Positions 36,850-50,684 of a stretch of DNA of 64,000 nt are shown here, in pieces. Source of the DNA: Lama guanicoe. Taxonomy: Eukaryota. A program made the position numbers and the translations under genes. The stretch's first letter is position 1; the number at the start of each line of letters is the position of its first letter. The notes below the pieces were generated by a model that saw only the letters and a program-made list of their open reading frames with translations, searched no databases and was not told the DNA's origin. The stretch covers positions 1,843,205 to 1,907,204 of the forward strand of contig MU053559.1 in the NCBI GenBank assembly GCA_013239625.1, in the 5' to 3' direction.

Positions 36850-39800
36850 TCCTTCAAGCTGACAGGAATTGACACTAGATGGTAACTCTAATTCACCTAA
36901 AGAAATAAAAAGCTCCAGAAAAATGTAGATATGTAGGTAAATATAAAATACTGTATATTTAAAAATATTTCCTAAGATTGCATAAAATAATAATTATAAA
37001 ACCCTGTAATTGAGCTTATAACATATAAAAATAAAATATATATGACAATAATAGCACAAAGAAGGAGGGAGAATAAATGGAGCTATGTTAATGTAATTTT
37101 TCTGTGCTTCACCAAAGGTAAATTAGTACTAATATGAAGTAGGTAGTGACAAGATACATGTTGTAATTCCCTAGAGCAACAACTAAAAACATAACTTAAA
37201 AATACAGTAAAACAATTCAACAAAGGAATTTACATGGTGTAATAGAGAAAAAAGCTATATAACACAAAAGAAGAAAGTAAAGGAGGAACAGTGAAACAAA
37301 AGACATGTGACAGAAAAAATAGCAAAATGGGAGATGGAAATTCGCAATATAATTAATGACATTAAATGTGAGTAGATTAAGCATTCTTGTCAAGAAGCAG
37401 AGGTTGTTAAATGTGACAGAAAACAAGATCCAACTATATGCTGTGTATAAGAGGCATACTTTATTTTGGAGGACACAGTTTAAAAGGATGATGAAAGATA
37501 CACAATGCAAACAGCAGCTAGGAAAGTGTTGAAGTAGCCATGCTAATTAATATATGACAAAATAGACTTTCAGACAAAAAAAAGTATTAACAGAGTTAAA
37601 GGAAGATATTTCATGATGATAAAAGTGTAAATTGACCAGGAATTTATAACAATTATGAACCCATATGTACATGACAGTAGAGCCCCAAAGTGCACTAAGA
37701 AAAGCTAATGGAACTGAAAGAAGAAATAGATGTTTAACAATAATAGTCGGAGATGTCAACACCCCACGTTCAATAATAAAAAATCTAGATAGAAAATCAG
37801 CAAGGATGTAGAGGACTTGGCCAACATTATTAACAAACTTGAACTGACGCCTATAACACACTCCAATCAAAGCAGAATACACATTATTTTCAAGTGCAAA
37901 TGGAACATCCTCTAGGAGAGACCATATGCTAGGCCATAAGAAGCCTCAGTACATTTAAAAGATTTGAAATCACGCAAAGCATATTGTCTGACCACCACAG
38001 AAATGAATTAGAAACCACAAAGAATGAAGTTTGGAAAGTTTCCAAATATTTAGAAACTAAGTAACAAACTTCTAAATAATTCAGGAGTGAAAGAAAAAAA
38101 TCACAAGAGGAATTTTAAAAATACGTTGAAAGAAACTGAAAACACAACATATCAAATTTTATGGGATGCAGTTAAGGCAGTGCTTAAAGGGATATTTTAT
38201 AGATTTAAACAGCTATACTAGGAAAGAAAGAGAAGATACCAAATCAATAACCTCCACTTCTATCTTAAGAAATTAGGCAAAGAAAAGCAAAGTAAAGCAG
38301 CAGAAGGAAGAATATAATAATGATTAGAGCAGAAATCAATGAAATAGAAAATAATAACAAAACTATTAAGAAAAATCAATGAAGCCAAAAGTTGGTTCTT
38401 AGAGAAAATCCACACATTGGAAAAACTTTTAGTTAGCCTGACTAAGGAAAAAAGAGAGGCACAAATTACCACAATCTGGAATGAAAGAGGGATCGTCACT
38501 ATTGATCTTACAGAAATGAAAAGAACTATTGGGGAATACTAGGAACAACTTTATGCCAACAAATTAGAAAATGTAGATAATTTGTACCAACTGTTAGACA
38601 TACACAAATTATCAAAACTGACAGAATACAGATAAAACTGATAGGAATAGACACTCCTTATAGACCTATAATGAGTAAATGCATTGAATTAGTAATTAAA
38701 ATTCTGCCCACGAGGAAAAGTTTATAGTTTTTAAAATTGAATCATTATATTGTACACCTGAAACTAACATAATACTGAAATCAACTATGCTTCAATTTCA
38801 AAAAAGTGCCATGACAGTTCAGTGGAGAAAGGGTCTTTTCAAGAGATGGTACTGGGATAATTGGATATCCATATGCAAAAGGATAGATTTGTACCCTTAA
38901 CTCACAACATACACAAAAATTCACTCAAAATGGGTAGTAGACCTAAATGTAAGTGCCAACACTGTAAAACTTTAAAAGGAAAATGCAGGAGAAAATCTTG
39001 GTGAGGTTGGGTTAGGCAGACATTTCTTATATGTAATACCAAATGCCAAATACATGAAAGAACAAATTTAAAATTGGACTTCATGAAAATTATAAAACTT
39101 TTGTGCTTCAAAGAACACTATTAAGAAATTGAAAGACAATCCACAGACCAGAAAAAATATTTGCAAATTGCATTTCTGGCAAAGGACTGTGTTCAGGATG
39201 TACAAAGAACTTTTATAACTCAATAATAAAAAGATAAACAACTCAATTAAAAATGGACAAAAGTTTTAAATCCACATTTCACCAAAGAAGATATACAAAT
39301 GACCAATAAACACATGAAAGGATGCTCTACAATCATTCATCTTTAGGGAAATGCAAATAAAAACCACAATGACACACCATTTCATACCCATTAGAGTGTT
39401 GGTAATGATGTGGAGGAACTGGAACCTTCAAGCATTGCTGGTGAGAATATAAAATGGGACAGCCACTTTGGAAAAAACAGTTTGGCTGTTTCTTAAATAA
39501 AGTTACCATTAATATAGCAATTCTCTAGGTATCTACTCAAGAGAAACGAAAACATAACATACAAAGACTATATGTTGACCGCCAACGTCCATAGCAACAT
39601 TGTTCATAATAGGCGAAAAGTGGGAAGAATTCAAATGTCCATCAGCTGATGTATGGATACAAAATGTGTTATATCCACTCAATGGACGATAAAAAGGAAT
39701 GAAGTACTGATACCTGGAATAACATGGATGCACCTCAAAAAACTATCCTAAAAGAAAGAAGCCAGAAGCAAAAGAACATATATTGTATGATTCCATTTAT

Positions 39801-40050
39801 ATGAAATATCAAGAAAAGGCAAATCCATAGTGATGGAAAGCAGTTTAATGGTTGCTTGGGGTGAGGAGTTGGAGTCGGGATTACAAACATCATGCAGGAT
39901 CTTTTTGGAGTGATGGAAATGTCCTTAAACTGGATTGTGTTGATGATTTCCCAATTCTATAAATTTATTACAAATCATTGAATTGTACATTCAAAATGGG
40001 CGAATTTTGTGGCCTATAAATTATTCATCAATAAACCTGTTTTTTAAAAA
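36850..40050 (+). mobile_element. Older LINE-1 (inter-ORF region, ORF2 endonuclease region, internal deletion, 3' end)
   Basis: EN-domain motifs (acattaaatgtgagtagattaa; ggagatgtcaacacccc; tctgaccaccac); the RT core is missing at ~38720-38806. Confidence 0.9.
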
Positions 40051-40276
40051 GTCAAAGCAGGCATGGTTTTTACCTACAAGATGCAAGGTGCCTGACATTT
40101 AGCTGAAGAGACAGGTCTGCAAATGTAATACTTTGAGCTAATTTCATTTATAGAAGTATATTCAATGTGCTATTGTTTTCTTTACCATTATGTTTCATGC
40201 CTGATCTTGAAATTCAAAATTTCAAGGTGGATTTGGATAATGGTATCCTGAACTCTCTTCTCATTATTGTCTCAGA

Positions 40277-40360
40277 CTCTCTCTCTCCCTCTCTCTCTCT
40301 CTCGCTCTTCCTATCCCTCTCTCTCTCTCTATATATATATGTGTATATATATATATATAT
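40277..40360. repeat. Compound (CT)n(TA)n microsatellite
   Basis: Read directly from the sequence. Confidence 0.9.
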
Positions 40361-41129
40361 GCCATTGTAATTGTATAGGAGAAGACAAAATGGAAAGGCT
40401 AGATGAAGTCCTTACTTTTGAGTAGTTTATATATGAGTACCTAAATAGTAGTTTTCTTCATCCTTCTCTCTGTCTCTTTCTATCTTGTCTCTGTTTTTTC
40501 TACCAGGTGGAAGATACTGAAATTATTGGGTTGATTAACTTTTCTGAATGGAGTTTGGGAACATTTTGCAGAAAATATCCATTTACAGGTAAAAATTTCC
40601 TAGAGTGGAAGGAATTAGTGTGGTAAAAAGAATAAAGTAAATGTTCCAGAAATTGGAATACGGGAAAATAATTTGATTTGGTAGTGTTGGCCTCTGTGTG
40701 GAGAACAAATATATTTGCTTGGCTAAACTTATTCCGTGAGAGATTTTTAAGGAGTGGGTGTTGGATGGAGAGGTTATTTGAAGAAGACCTGAAAATAACC
40801 AATATGAAATTTGGTTGAAATTCTTCCCAACTCTCACTGCCCATAGCTAAGACAGTGGTTGAAGTAGCTTCCGAAATTTGCTGACTCAATTCCTGGACAT
40901 GAACTGTTTTAGCAGTTTGGATATTGCAGAAACTTATGGAATTTAGAATGCCAGAATGTCAGAACAGGGACCTTCAATTCAAAAAGATAAACTAGAATTT
41001 ACTTCTGGGATCTCTTAGGCTGTCCTGAAGAGATTTAAATTATTTTTCAATTTTTGTCATAGGATTTTCTTAAGGACACGGAAAAGGATAAGCACCTTAC
41101 CCAAGACTGTAGCCTTATTCTTCAAAATT

Positions 41130-41360
41130 CTTTTTTTTCCTAAAAATTGAATTATAGTCTATTTACAATGTTGTGTTAATTTCTGGTGTACAGCATAGTG
41201 ATTCATATATATATTCCTTTTCATATTTTTCATTATAGGCCATTATAAGGTATTGAATGTAGTTCCCTGTGCTATACAGTAGGACCTTGTTGTTTATCTG
41301 TTTTATATCTAGTAGTGTGTATCTGCAAGTCCCGGACTCCCAGTTTACCCCTCACACTTC
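41130..41360 (-). mobile_element. LINE-1 3' UTR fragment
   Basis: Same L1 3' end motif as 33234-33532. Confidence 0.88.
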
Positions 41361-41613
41361 TTTCTGCTGATGTTAGTGTGTGAGATGTACTTTTTTCATG
41401 TTTGAGAAAAATCAAAGGATGAACATGGCCACGCGGGGGCAGCAAACACTGGCTTTTCTAGCTTTCTCTCCCGGAACTGATAAATGGACAGATGGATTCT
41501 CTTTGATCTAAATGCCTTTTCCAGACTGCCCAACTAAGACAAATGCCTATCCTTAAAATACTAATAATAGAAACTGCATGTTAATTAGAGGCTGGGCAAG
41601 AGCTTGCTTTTTT

Positions 41614-41996
41614 ATTTTATTTTTATTTTTTATTTTTTTCTGACTTGAATTTATTATTTACTTGTTTAACAAAAGCTTTGCAAGACCTAAATTTATGTCT
41701 TATTAAAGGCAACATCTTTTTAAAATTGAAGTATAGTTTATTTACAATGTTGTGTTAGTTTCTGATGTACAGCATAGTGATTCAGTTTCATATATCTATT
41801 CTTGTTCATATTCTTTTCTATTAAAAGTTATTACAAGCTATTGAATATATCCCTGTGCTATACAGTAGGACCTTGTTGTTTATCTATTTTATATATAGTA
41901 GTTAGTATCTGTTAATCTCGAACTCCCCATTTATTCCACCCCCCTCTTTCCCCTTTGGTAACCTTACGTTTGTTTTCTATGTCTGTGAATCTGTTC
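41614..41996 (-). mobile_element. LINE-1 3' end with 3' transduction and 38-bp TSD
   Basis: L1 at ~41726-41996, unique segment 41640-41716 with AATAAA (minus, 41650-41655), second tail 41614-41639; flanking repeats 41576-41613 and 41997-42034. Confidence 0.88.
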
Positions 41997-44900
41997 GCGT
42001 GTTAATTAGAGGTTGGGCAAGAGCTTGCTTTTTTTGAATGAGTTTTTCAGAGGTCACTGAGAGCAAGGGACTGTTTCTTAGTCATTGGATATCCTCAGGG
42101 CAATCATAGTGCCTGGCATCTAGTGAGAGCTCAATAAACGTTGACTTTCATTAGTGTTTTTAGGAGGTAACTGCTCCAACTCACCAAAGCATAATATAAT
42201 CTCTAAGCTCTCAGGCCATCACATACAGAGGGGGCTGCATCTCTTCAGCTAAGGGTGCTAACACTGTCTAGCAGCTCTGCACAGTTTCTCCAGTTTTATA
42301 GTCATAAATCTACTCACGATTCAGTTCCCGGCTTCTCAAGGCACCCTGTAAAATCAGTGATCCCACGGCAAGAACATGGTGCTGGGGCTAGAACTACAGT
42401 GGGAGGTCTGAAGGTGGGAGAGCCAAGGTTAGGATCCTGTGTGTACCACTCCCTTCGTCCTGCCTGTCTCCCACCAGCCATAAACACCAGGGCCTCCCAG
42501 ATGACGTGAAGCACTTATGCCCGGGCACTTAGGCCTGCACCGCCAGCTGCCTAGCTCTTTAGTTCTTTCACTGGCTCTACCCAATGTGGTTCACCCATTT
42601 GTTGAATGCCTCCTCCTCCTTAGATGCTCCTCACACATATCTCACTGGATATCTCTCTACATTGTAGGAAAGCTGGTTCACGCCTGTAATTTGAGGGTGT
42701 CACTTTCTGCCCAGAATACCCTTTCCTTCTTCTCGATCTAATTCCTATGTGCCTCCTTGTTCCAGAAACCCCAGTACAATTTCGATGTGATTGCAGTAGA
42801 CTCTCATAGCATCCAGTCTTACCCTGAGCACAGCACTAGATCACAGGTTTGCTCGTCTTCCTCTCCTATGAGCCCAATAACTCCCTGAGGCCAGAGCCCT
42901 GCCTCATTTGGCTTTGCCTTCCCAGAGTCTAGCTGAGTTTCTGGCACCTTGGAGCTGCTCCATACGTGTTTGTGGAATGAGTAAATGAATCAATCCGTTT
43001 ATCACTGAATGAGATGTTTCCTTTCCTTTCCTTTTCCCCAGTTAAAATGTCTTGATATTTAAAAAAAATCCTTCTTAGGAAATTATTTTTAAAACAAGCA
43101 GTCAGCTTTTACCTCCTACACAAGGAATATCAGAAAATACCAAGGAACTGTAATTTACAAGTGGGACTTGCTGAAGGAGGAAGCTTATAGTGTGAACCTC
43201 TGAACATCCTAGGTCTTGTGCATCACTATGGTGATATGGGCCAAGCTCCAGGCTTGCAGCTCTGGAAGATGCCCCACATCGGGCTCCCAGAAGCCTCAAT
43301 GTTCTAAGGATGCTATTTGTCGATTCTCACAGCAACTCTGAATGATCAGGAGGAGAAATAGAGAATTTCTTTCCTTCCTTCATTCTTTCATTCTCTCTCT
43401 CTCTCTTTTCTCTCTCTCTCTCCTTTCTTACAGTTGAAGAGTTAGAACACAGAGAACAGTCAAGCCAGGACACACTCTGGAGCTCATTCCACAAAGCTGT
43501 GCTTCCTGTAACTGAAACAGGTCTGTGTTTTAATGAATTCGTGGCATATGGGCCATAATAATCAAAGTGCCTGGCATTTCCTGGAATTTATGATCAGGTG
43601 GGGGATAGGCTGTTTTCTACTTTTGAATGAATTCTCACATGCCTACTCCTGGAGTTAAGAAACTTGACATAAGTGAAAATAGTTTCTGGAATAAGTAATG
43701 CTATTTTTTTTTGTTTGTTTGCATGTTCTGCTGTCTGTACCCATTTCTTCTCTTTCTCACCTCAAACCTTATCCCTCCGCATGAACTACCGTCACTATTT
43801 CTTCCCTAGCATTTGAATAGTGAGTGGCAAGATATTGTCCTCGAAGTCTGTGTCACGGGAGAAGAAAAAAGATTTTGTTTGCTGTCTTCTTGGTGAACAG
43901 AGAAGTTAGCAGCCCTTCATCATCCACCATTCCCAGCGACCTACCGTTGTTGGACACTTGTCTGGAGACAAAGAGCTCTCCTCCTGACTAGGCTTTTGCC
44001 TTTCTGGTTTCCAAAAAGCCTTGTCGGGCCAGGGAGCAGTGAAATTCCGAAACAGCCTGACCGTTGCACTCCGTATTTGGCGGTCTTTTGGAGCTTTCTT
44101 GAGAGTAAGAATGGTTGCTGCATCTCGAGGATCTAGTTGGTCCCACTTGCTGAGAAAGTTGCCATTGAGTATTTGTTGTGGGCATTGAGTTCTCAGTAAA
44201 GCTTACACCAATTGATGCGGGTGAGCTTAAGCAAATACCTGTGCTACTGATACTGATGCTTGTGTTACGTTCTTGAAGGGAATTAATTCCCCCCTAAGCC
44301 TGACCTTTTCTTCGCCAGCAAATCTCCGGTTGCATTGATGGCAGTTTTTTTTTTTTTCCCCTAAGAACTTCGAATTGAGTTTCTCGGGAGGGCCTTTTAA
44401 AGGAGATTTTCCCATGCTTTTTTTTTTTCTTTCTTCCCAATATCTTCTGTGTGCAGTTCTTCCCAGCTTATAGGAACTCTTTAAAATGGAATCCCTGAAT
44501 ATGTCTGTGAAATGCCTTCTTTTCTAAGACAGACTGTCATGGGAGCTATTTCGAGTCTACATCATTCTGTTTCTGTGCTGAATGATCCACTTTTCCAAGC
44601 ATATTCTTAACCCAGACAACAAAAGCCTGCAAGTGTGCTGACTGTTTCCAGACCCAGGCAATTCATCAGTGAACTGTAGATCCTCGTGGTCTTCTCTCAC
44701 CCCAGCAGCCCCCCTCCAGAAGCACCACTGGAATTTCCAGAATGAGTCCTCAGCATGTTGAAGCCACTGGCATGACCCGAGGTTCGCTGGCATCCAGGAA
44801 AGTCCTTTTTCTCTGTGTCAGAGTTACCCCTGCCATCCACCTTGGCTAAAATATTTGGAATTCCTGAGCTAATAGAATAAAGAGGAAACTTCTAGGTTTC

Positions 44901-46849
44901 TAAGATCCCAGTTCAAATCTAAACATCAGGAAAGCTAGGAAGTAAGTCTCCTGGGTTTGGAATTCGTTACAGATGTGCAAGTCTTGGGGTGTATGGGGGT
45001 GCACAGAGTCCTCCTCTCACTGGGGAGAGACAGAGGCTGGGGGGGAAGAGAGAAAAGCGCCTCCCTGGGAATTCAATTCGGGCAGATACACAGTATCTCC
45101 GTTGGATCTTGTTGGTGTTTGATGGGGCAAGAGGGTTCCCATGGTAATTCCCTGAGGTTAATCAGCTGTGACAGGGGAAAGTGATAGCCACATGATTCAT
45201 GAATGTGTATAACCAAACTGTCCCAGGCAAGGTTCATGGGGTCGCATAGAAACCAGTGTCCGAGGTCGGGTTTCAGGCTGCTGCATGCGCTGGCCTCTAA
45301 GCAGATGGAAAGAGAAGCAGTGTCGACTTGAATAATACCCCCATCCATGATTCAACACCAGTTAGGAAGGAATTTATAGGGGCATAAGATGAAGTGAGTG
45401 TTTTTTTTCTTTTTCCCCTTTCCTCTCCTGTCACATGAGAATGAACTAGGAGGAAAATAGAAAGCTCATAATTTTACTTGGATTTCGTTGAGGGTAGGCT
45501 GGTAGCATTTAATTGATTTGGATCTTAAAGGGCTTCTCAGATTCACAGGTGACTTACCTGGTTTGCGAATTGATTATTTTAAAACTTGAATGATGGACAG
45601 TAACATTCCTTTGTGGGAAGAATTTAGAAGGGGAAACAATGGCCCATGGTGTTAGGCCCTAGGCATGTCAAAATCAGAATCTGTACTAATTAAAATAGCT
45701 TCCTCTTGAATCTCAGATTACCTTGGGAAAATGTGTGATTTTCTGTACCAGCATTTCAAAACATTTAAGCTTCCGTAATGCCTTCTTGATTGAATTCCAA
45801 ATGCATTACCTTCTGCAGATAGAACATGAAAGCAGGAATTGACTTTATAAATAGTGTAGACCAGATGAGGGCCCTGTGACTTGCCCAAGCTAATGAGTGT
45901 CAAAGCCAAGACCAGAAAATCAGGATACAGGGCTTTATCTTCTGAGCAAGTTTATCTTAGCTTTCACTCCCTTTCACTGCCCAAATAGTGTTAAATGTTG
46001 AGGTGGTTCGTTTATCGAATGCATTCTACTTCAGAGTCATTCAGTCTTATATTCTACTCCCTTTGTCACGAATAGTAGAACAGCAAAGAAATGTTTGTGA
46101 TTTATATGTTACCTCACATGAAGCACATACAAAACTGAAGTCACTTTTATGTCCTTTTCTTGTGTTAGGTTTAGAACTTGTTATCTTGGTGGAATAGATA
46201 TGTTTATAAATGTTCTGGAGGGTTTTTTTTTTTTTGAGTAAATCTAGTGTTGTAAGAAACTGCTATTCAAGCCAGTAGTCAAAAAACTTGCTTTCCTATA
46301 AGCACAGGCTTAGAATAAGCTGAAAGCAGACCGAGGCAGGCTTATCACTGAAGTTCAAGAGGCATCGCTGATCCAATTTTAACACATTTCTATTCTGACA
46401 AACGGTTAAGTTAGTGAGTTCTTTACTCTTAAACGGGTTCTATCAAGAATGATATATTAAACAATGAGATTGTTTAATCCAGCATGAGGTTTTTTTTTAA
46501 TATCCAACATAAGTTTTGCCCTATATTTTCGACTAGTCCCACCATTGATAGGGAAATAGGTCCTGGTTTATAATATGAGACAGTCCCGTTTACTGTTTTT
46601 ATTTCTTTCTGGATTTTATTTTCAAGTAGTGCTGTTCTATTTTTGCTTGTATATGCATTGTGGAATACCTTTTATCCTTTCTCAGAGAATGGAAATCCTA
46701 CTCATGTCCCACAACTGTGTTCAAATACTAGTTCGCTTGTGAGGCATTATTGATTTCTATCTACCCTTCTGCAGATCCTGGAGTAAATTCCTTCCTCTTT
46801 AGTATTCTCAAGGGTTTTCATTATTATAACATCTATTCTGGTACTTAAT

Positions 46850-48330
46850 GTAAATCTGCCTTCTGAGTTCATTTATTTGTTGAGCACATACTATGTGCTA
46901 GGCGCTGGTGTAGGCTTAGGGATAGAATAGTGAATGAAATAGTAAGTCTCCAGTCTCATGGAGATTAGGTTCTACTGAGTGTAGACAGACAATAAACGAA
47001 TAATCATTGGGAGAAGGACAGCATAAGGTAAGAGAGTTAGGGAGTGCTGGAAAGAGATGGGTTACCCTTTTTTATTGGGCCACTGGGGAATGCCTTGCTG
47101 GGAAGGTGACATTTGGGCAAAAATCCTAACGAAGGGAGGGAGTAAGCCATGCAGATATTTTGGGTTACAGCATTCTAATCAGAGGGAAGAAAGGCCCTAA
47201 GGCAAGATTGTGCTTGGCTCGTCTGGGGAAGGGCAAGGAGGACCGAAATGTAGAGTGAGTGAGGGTGAAAGCAGGAGGTAAAATCTGGCTATGGAAAGGA
47301 CTTGGATTTTTACTCTGGTGGGATGTGAACTGGAAGGTGTCACCTGGAAGGTGTTGAGTTGAGGAGTGACAGGGCTGCAGTGTTAAGAATAGACTGTTGG
47401 CAGCCAAAGGGAAAAGAGGAGACAATGGTGGCTTGCCCGGGGAAATAGTGAGAAGCGGTCATCTTCTGGCTATATTTTGCAGGTAGAGCAGAATTGCAGA
47501 ATTGATGGATCGGATAGGGGCTATCAGAAATCAAGGATGTCTCTAACGTTCCTGTCCGGAACAGCTGGAAATATGGAAGTGCCAAATACCAGGATGAGGC
47601 AGATGGTGCCAGGAGCCGGTGAGGGGGCCAAGAGCAGGAGTTTTGTTTTGGATGTGTTCATTTTTTTACTTTAAAAAGCATTTTAATTGAAATATCACAT
47701 TCCAACAGAAAAGTGCTCGTTGAGTTTTCACAAAAAGTCACTGCACCCACAGAAGTAGAGATTTTAAGTAGGCTTTTGGCTGCACAAGTCTGTAGTCCAG
47801 GGGAGAAAGAAGCGAATTTGAGATTTGTCAGCATATAGATGGTAGTTAAAACCATGAAATAAGATGAAATCGCCTAGGAAGTGGATGTGGCTAGAGAGGA
47901 GAAGGTCTGAGGACTAAGAGGTGGGACCTTCGCACATTTAATGATTAGGGAAATGAAGAAGACGCGCAGCAAAGGAGGCGGTGGAGTCGGAGGAGACGCC
48001 AAGAAAGAACGAGAAGAAAGAGGGCCTACTAAGCACAGGGCTTCTAGGTGTTGGGAATAAAGAAGTGAACGAGATTGACCATGTCCCTGCCTTCATGGAG
48101 CTTATGTCAAGTAGTGTATGCAGACAGGTAAAAGAAAAATCATCCATATGTCATCTACCCCTCCTCATGTCTCTCTGTCTGTCTGTCTTTCATTATGAAG
48201 TATAATACAGGCGCTGAAGGAAAAGAGTAATGAAAATATGGGGGGATCTGATTTAGTCAGGAAAGCCTTCTCTGAGAAAGTGATACGTAAGTCAAAGCTC
48301 GAAGGATAGACAGGGATGATCCAAGATAAA
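46850..48330 (-). mobile_element. LINE-2 remnants
   Basis: ttcatttatttgttgagcacatactatgtgctaggcgctgg...; gaaggtgacatttgggcaaa; purine-rich L2 body. Further L2 at ~59070-60030. Confidence 0.75.
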
Positions 48331-48341
48331 ATTGGGGGGGA

Positions 48342-48793
48342 TGTATTCGTTTGATGGGGCTGCCGTAACAAAACACTGCAAGGTAGGGGGCTGAAAACAA
48401 CAGACTTTTCTTGTCTTGCAGTTCTGGAAGTTAGAAGTCAGAAAGCAAGGTGCAGCAAGGCCAGGCTCTCTCTGAACTCCCTAGGGAAGAATCCTTCCTT
48501 GCCTCTTCCAGCTCCTGGTGGCCCCAGGCCTTCCCTGGCATGGGGCATCGTAACTCCAGTGTCTGCCTCTGTCTTTACATAGCCTTCTTCTCTGTGTCTG
48601 TGTCTCTGTGTCCTCTCCTCTTGTCAGGATACCCATTATTGGATTTAGGGTCCGCCTTAAATCTAGCATGATTTCATCACAAGATTCTTCACTAATTACA
48701 TCTGCAAAGACCTTATTTCCAAATAAGGTCACATTCTGCAATTCTGAGTTGACATGAATTTGGGACAAGGGGGGCACTCTTCAACCCACTACA
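48342..48793 (-). mobile_element. MLT1C-like MaLR solo LTR
   Basis: TG...CA ends; ctaattacatctgcaaagaccttatttccaaataaggtcacattctg; 5-bp TSD gggga at 48337-48341 and 48794-48798. Confidence 0.9.
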
Positions 48794-48827
48794 GGGGATG
48801 ATCAGAAGAAATAGTATGTTTGAAAGA

Positions 48828-49037
48828 ATGGCATGCTGAAGTTGGCTTGAACCTGCTCGCAAGAGCTGATTGTTCAGTTTTCAGCAGTTTTGTGATCTGG
48901 TTGACTTTACGTTGGTAACTTGAAAGTGGTCATGATGGGAGTACTTACACCAGGGAAATTGTCAAATGCTGCAAGTCAGCTTTGTTTATTTTTCATCTGG
49001 AGAGGCAATTGTTAAACATTCAACCAGCACACCACTG
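48828..49037. mobile_element. MER63-like hAT DNA transposon
   Basis: gctcgcaagagctgattgttcagttttcag ... ttgttaaacattcaaccagcacaccactgg terminus. Confidence 0.65.
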
Positions 49038-49714
49038 GTTTGGAGACCTCGAGTCCAAAAAGAGATGTATCTTCTATGGCTGGACCAAAATGAAGTGTGA
49101 GTGGAGGCGAGATACAGACCATGTCATTCAGGGCCTTGAAAACCACATCAAGGAGTTTGGATTTTAACTCAAGTGCACCTGGGGGGCAACCTGAGTGTTT
49201 AAATCAGGAGAGTGGCAGGGTTGGATTTGTATTATTGTTCCAATTGTTTCTATGCCAGTCTTCCCATCAGAGAGCAAGCTCCTTGAGAGGGATTTCATCT
49301 TCATTATTTTTTGTCTGTCCTATGAAATTTCGAACATAACAGACATTTTATAAATGCTGGTTGACTGAAACGGGGTTTTATGAATACCATGCAGATTGGT
49401 AAAAACCATGGCTAATGAAGCCAGAAGACACGCTCAATCAGGTGTATGTCATGGACGAATCACAAGACAGTTGCATCATTATTGTACACCATCTGTTTAG
49501 CAGACATGCACTTAGAACTTCCTGTCTCCAGGCACTGTACGATTGCTACCTGAACTGTGCTCTGAGTTCAGTATTGTCTTCTAAAAAATGGGGCAGGCAG
49601 ACTTGGAGGAATGAGGGAGCTGAAGGGCTCTGTGCTTTTGAAATGACCCTGGAGGCTTGTTAGACCCCCTACTTGCCCACGTTCACTGTTTCTGTCACCT
49701 TTATCCCTTTGGGC

Positions 49715-50278
49715 TGTGGTAGGCAGAGTTCTAAGATGGTTCCCAATGAGCCTGGCTCTTGCATAATGTGGTTGGAACCTGTGAATACGGCAGTACTCCT
49801 GTGCTGATCTTATGTTATAGAGCAAAGGGAGATTATCCTGTGTGGGCCTGACCTAATCAGGTGAGCCCTTTAAAAGCAAAGTGTGTCCTCTGGCTGGCTG
49901 CCAATGAGGAAGGCAGAGATTTGAAGCACAAGAAAGAGTCAGGGCATTGAGAAATAATGTGGGGTGCATTTCTAAGAGCAAAACATGGCCCACAGTTGAG
50001 AACCAGCCAGGAAACAGGGACCCCAGTCCTACAGCTTGCAAGGAACTGAATGTTGCCAACAATTAGAATGAGCTTAGAAGTAGCTGTTCTCCTCAGAGCC
50101 TCCTGACAAGAACCCAGCCAAGCCAACACCTTGATTTCCACCATGTCACGCCGTGAGCAGAGAACCAGCCACACTGTGCCTGACTTATGACCTCCAGAAC
50201 TGTGAGATACTAAATTTATGTCGTTTGAAGCTGCCGCATGTGTGGTCATTTCTCACCTAACGACAGAAAATGAATACA
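49715..50278 (+). mobile_element. MLT1F-like MaLR solo LTR
   Basis: Starts tgtggtaggcagagttctaagatgg, ends gaaaatgaataca; flanks tgggc/agggc. Confidence 0.85.
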
Positions 50279-50684
50279 AGGGCCTCCACTCTGGAGCGCC
50301 GGCTCAGGAATAGTGAGGATGAAATGTCTTTCGCTCCTTCTGTTAAGGTGAGGAGAGGAAAGCCCAGTGCTAGTTTGCAGAGCAGGAGCTGAGCACAAAG
50401 ACATGTGCATGAGGCCTCAGAGGCTCCTAAGGGAACAGGAGTGACATTATTTTACAAGGTGTTATTATATGTGATTATGACTTCACAACCGTCCTGTAAA
50501 TTACAATCACGTTTATGGTTTTCTGTCCCAGTTCTTATGTGGTGTGCTGTTATGAATAACAATCATGCCACGCTGTGGACCTTGTAGGCATAGGTGCAAA
50601 TCCTGGCCATGGAAAAGGAAGTCACATGAGACACTGCATCATGTTCTTACAGAATCCAGGTTGCTCTCTTGGAATGTAGTTGTT

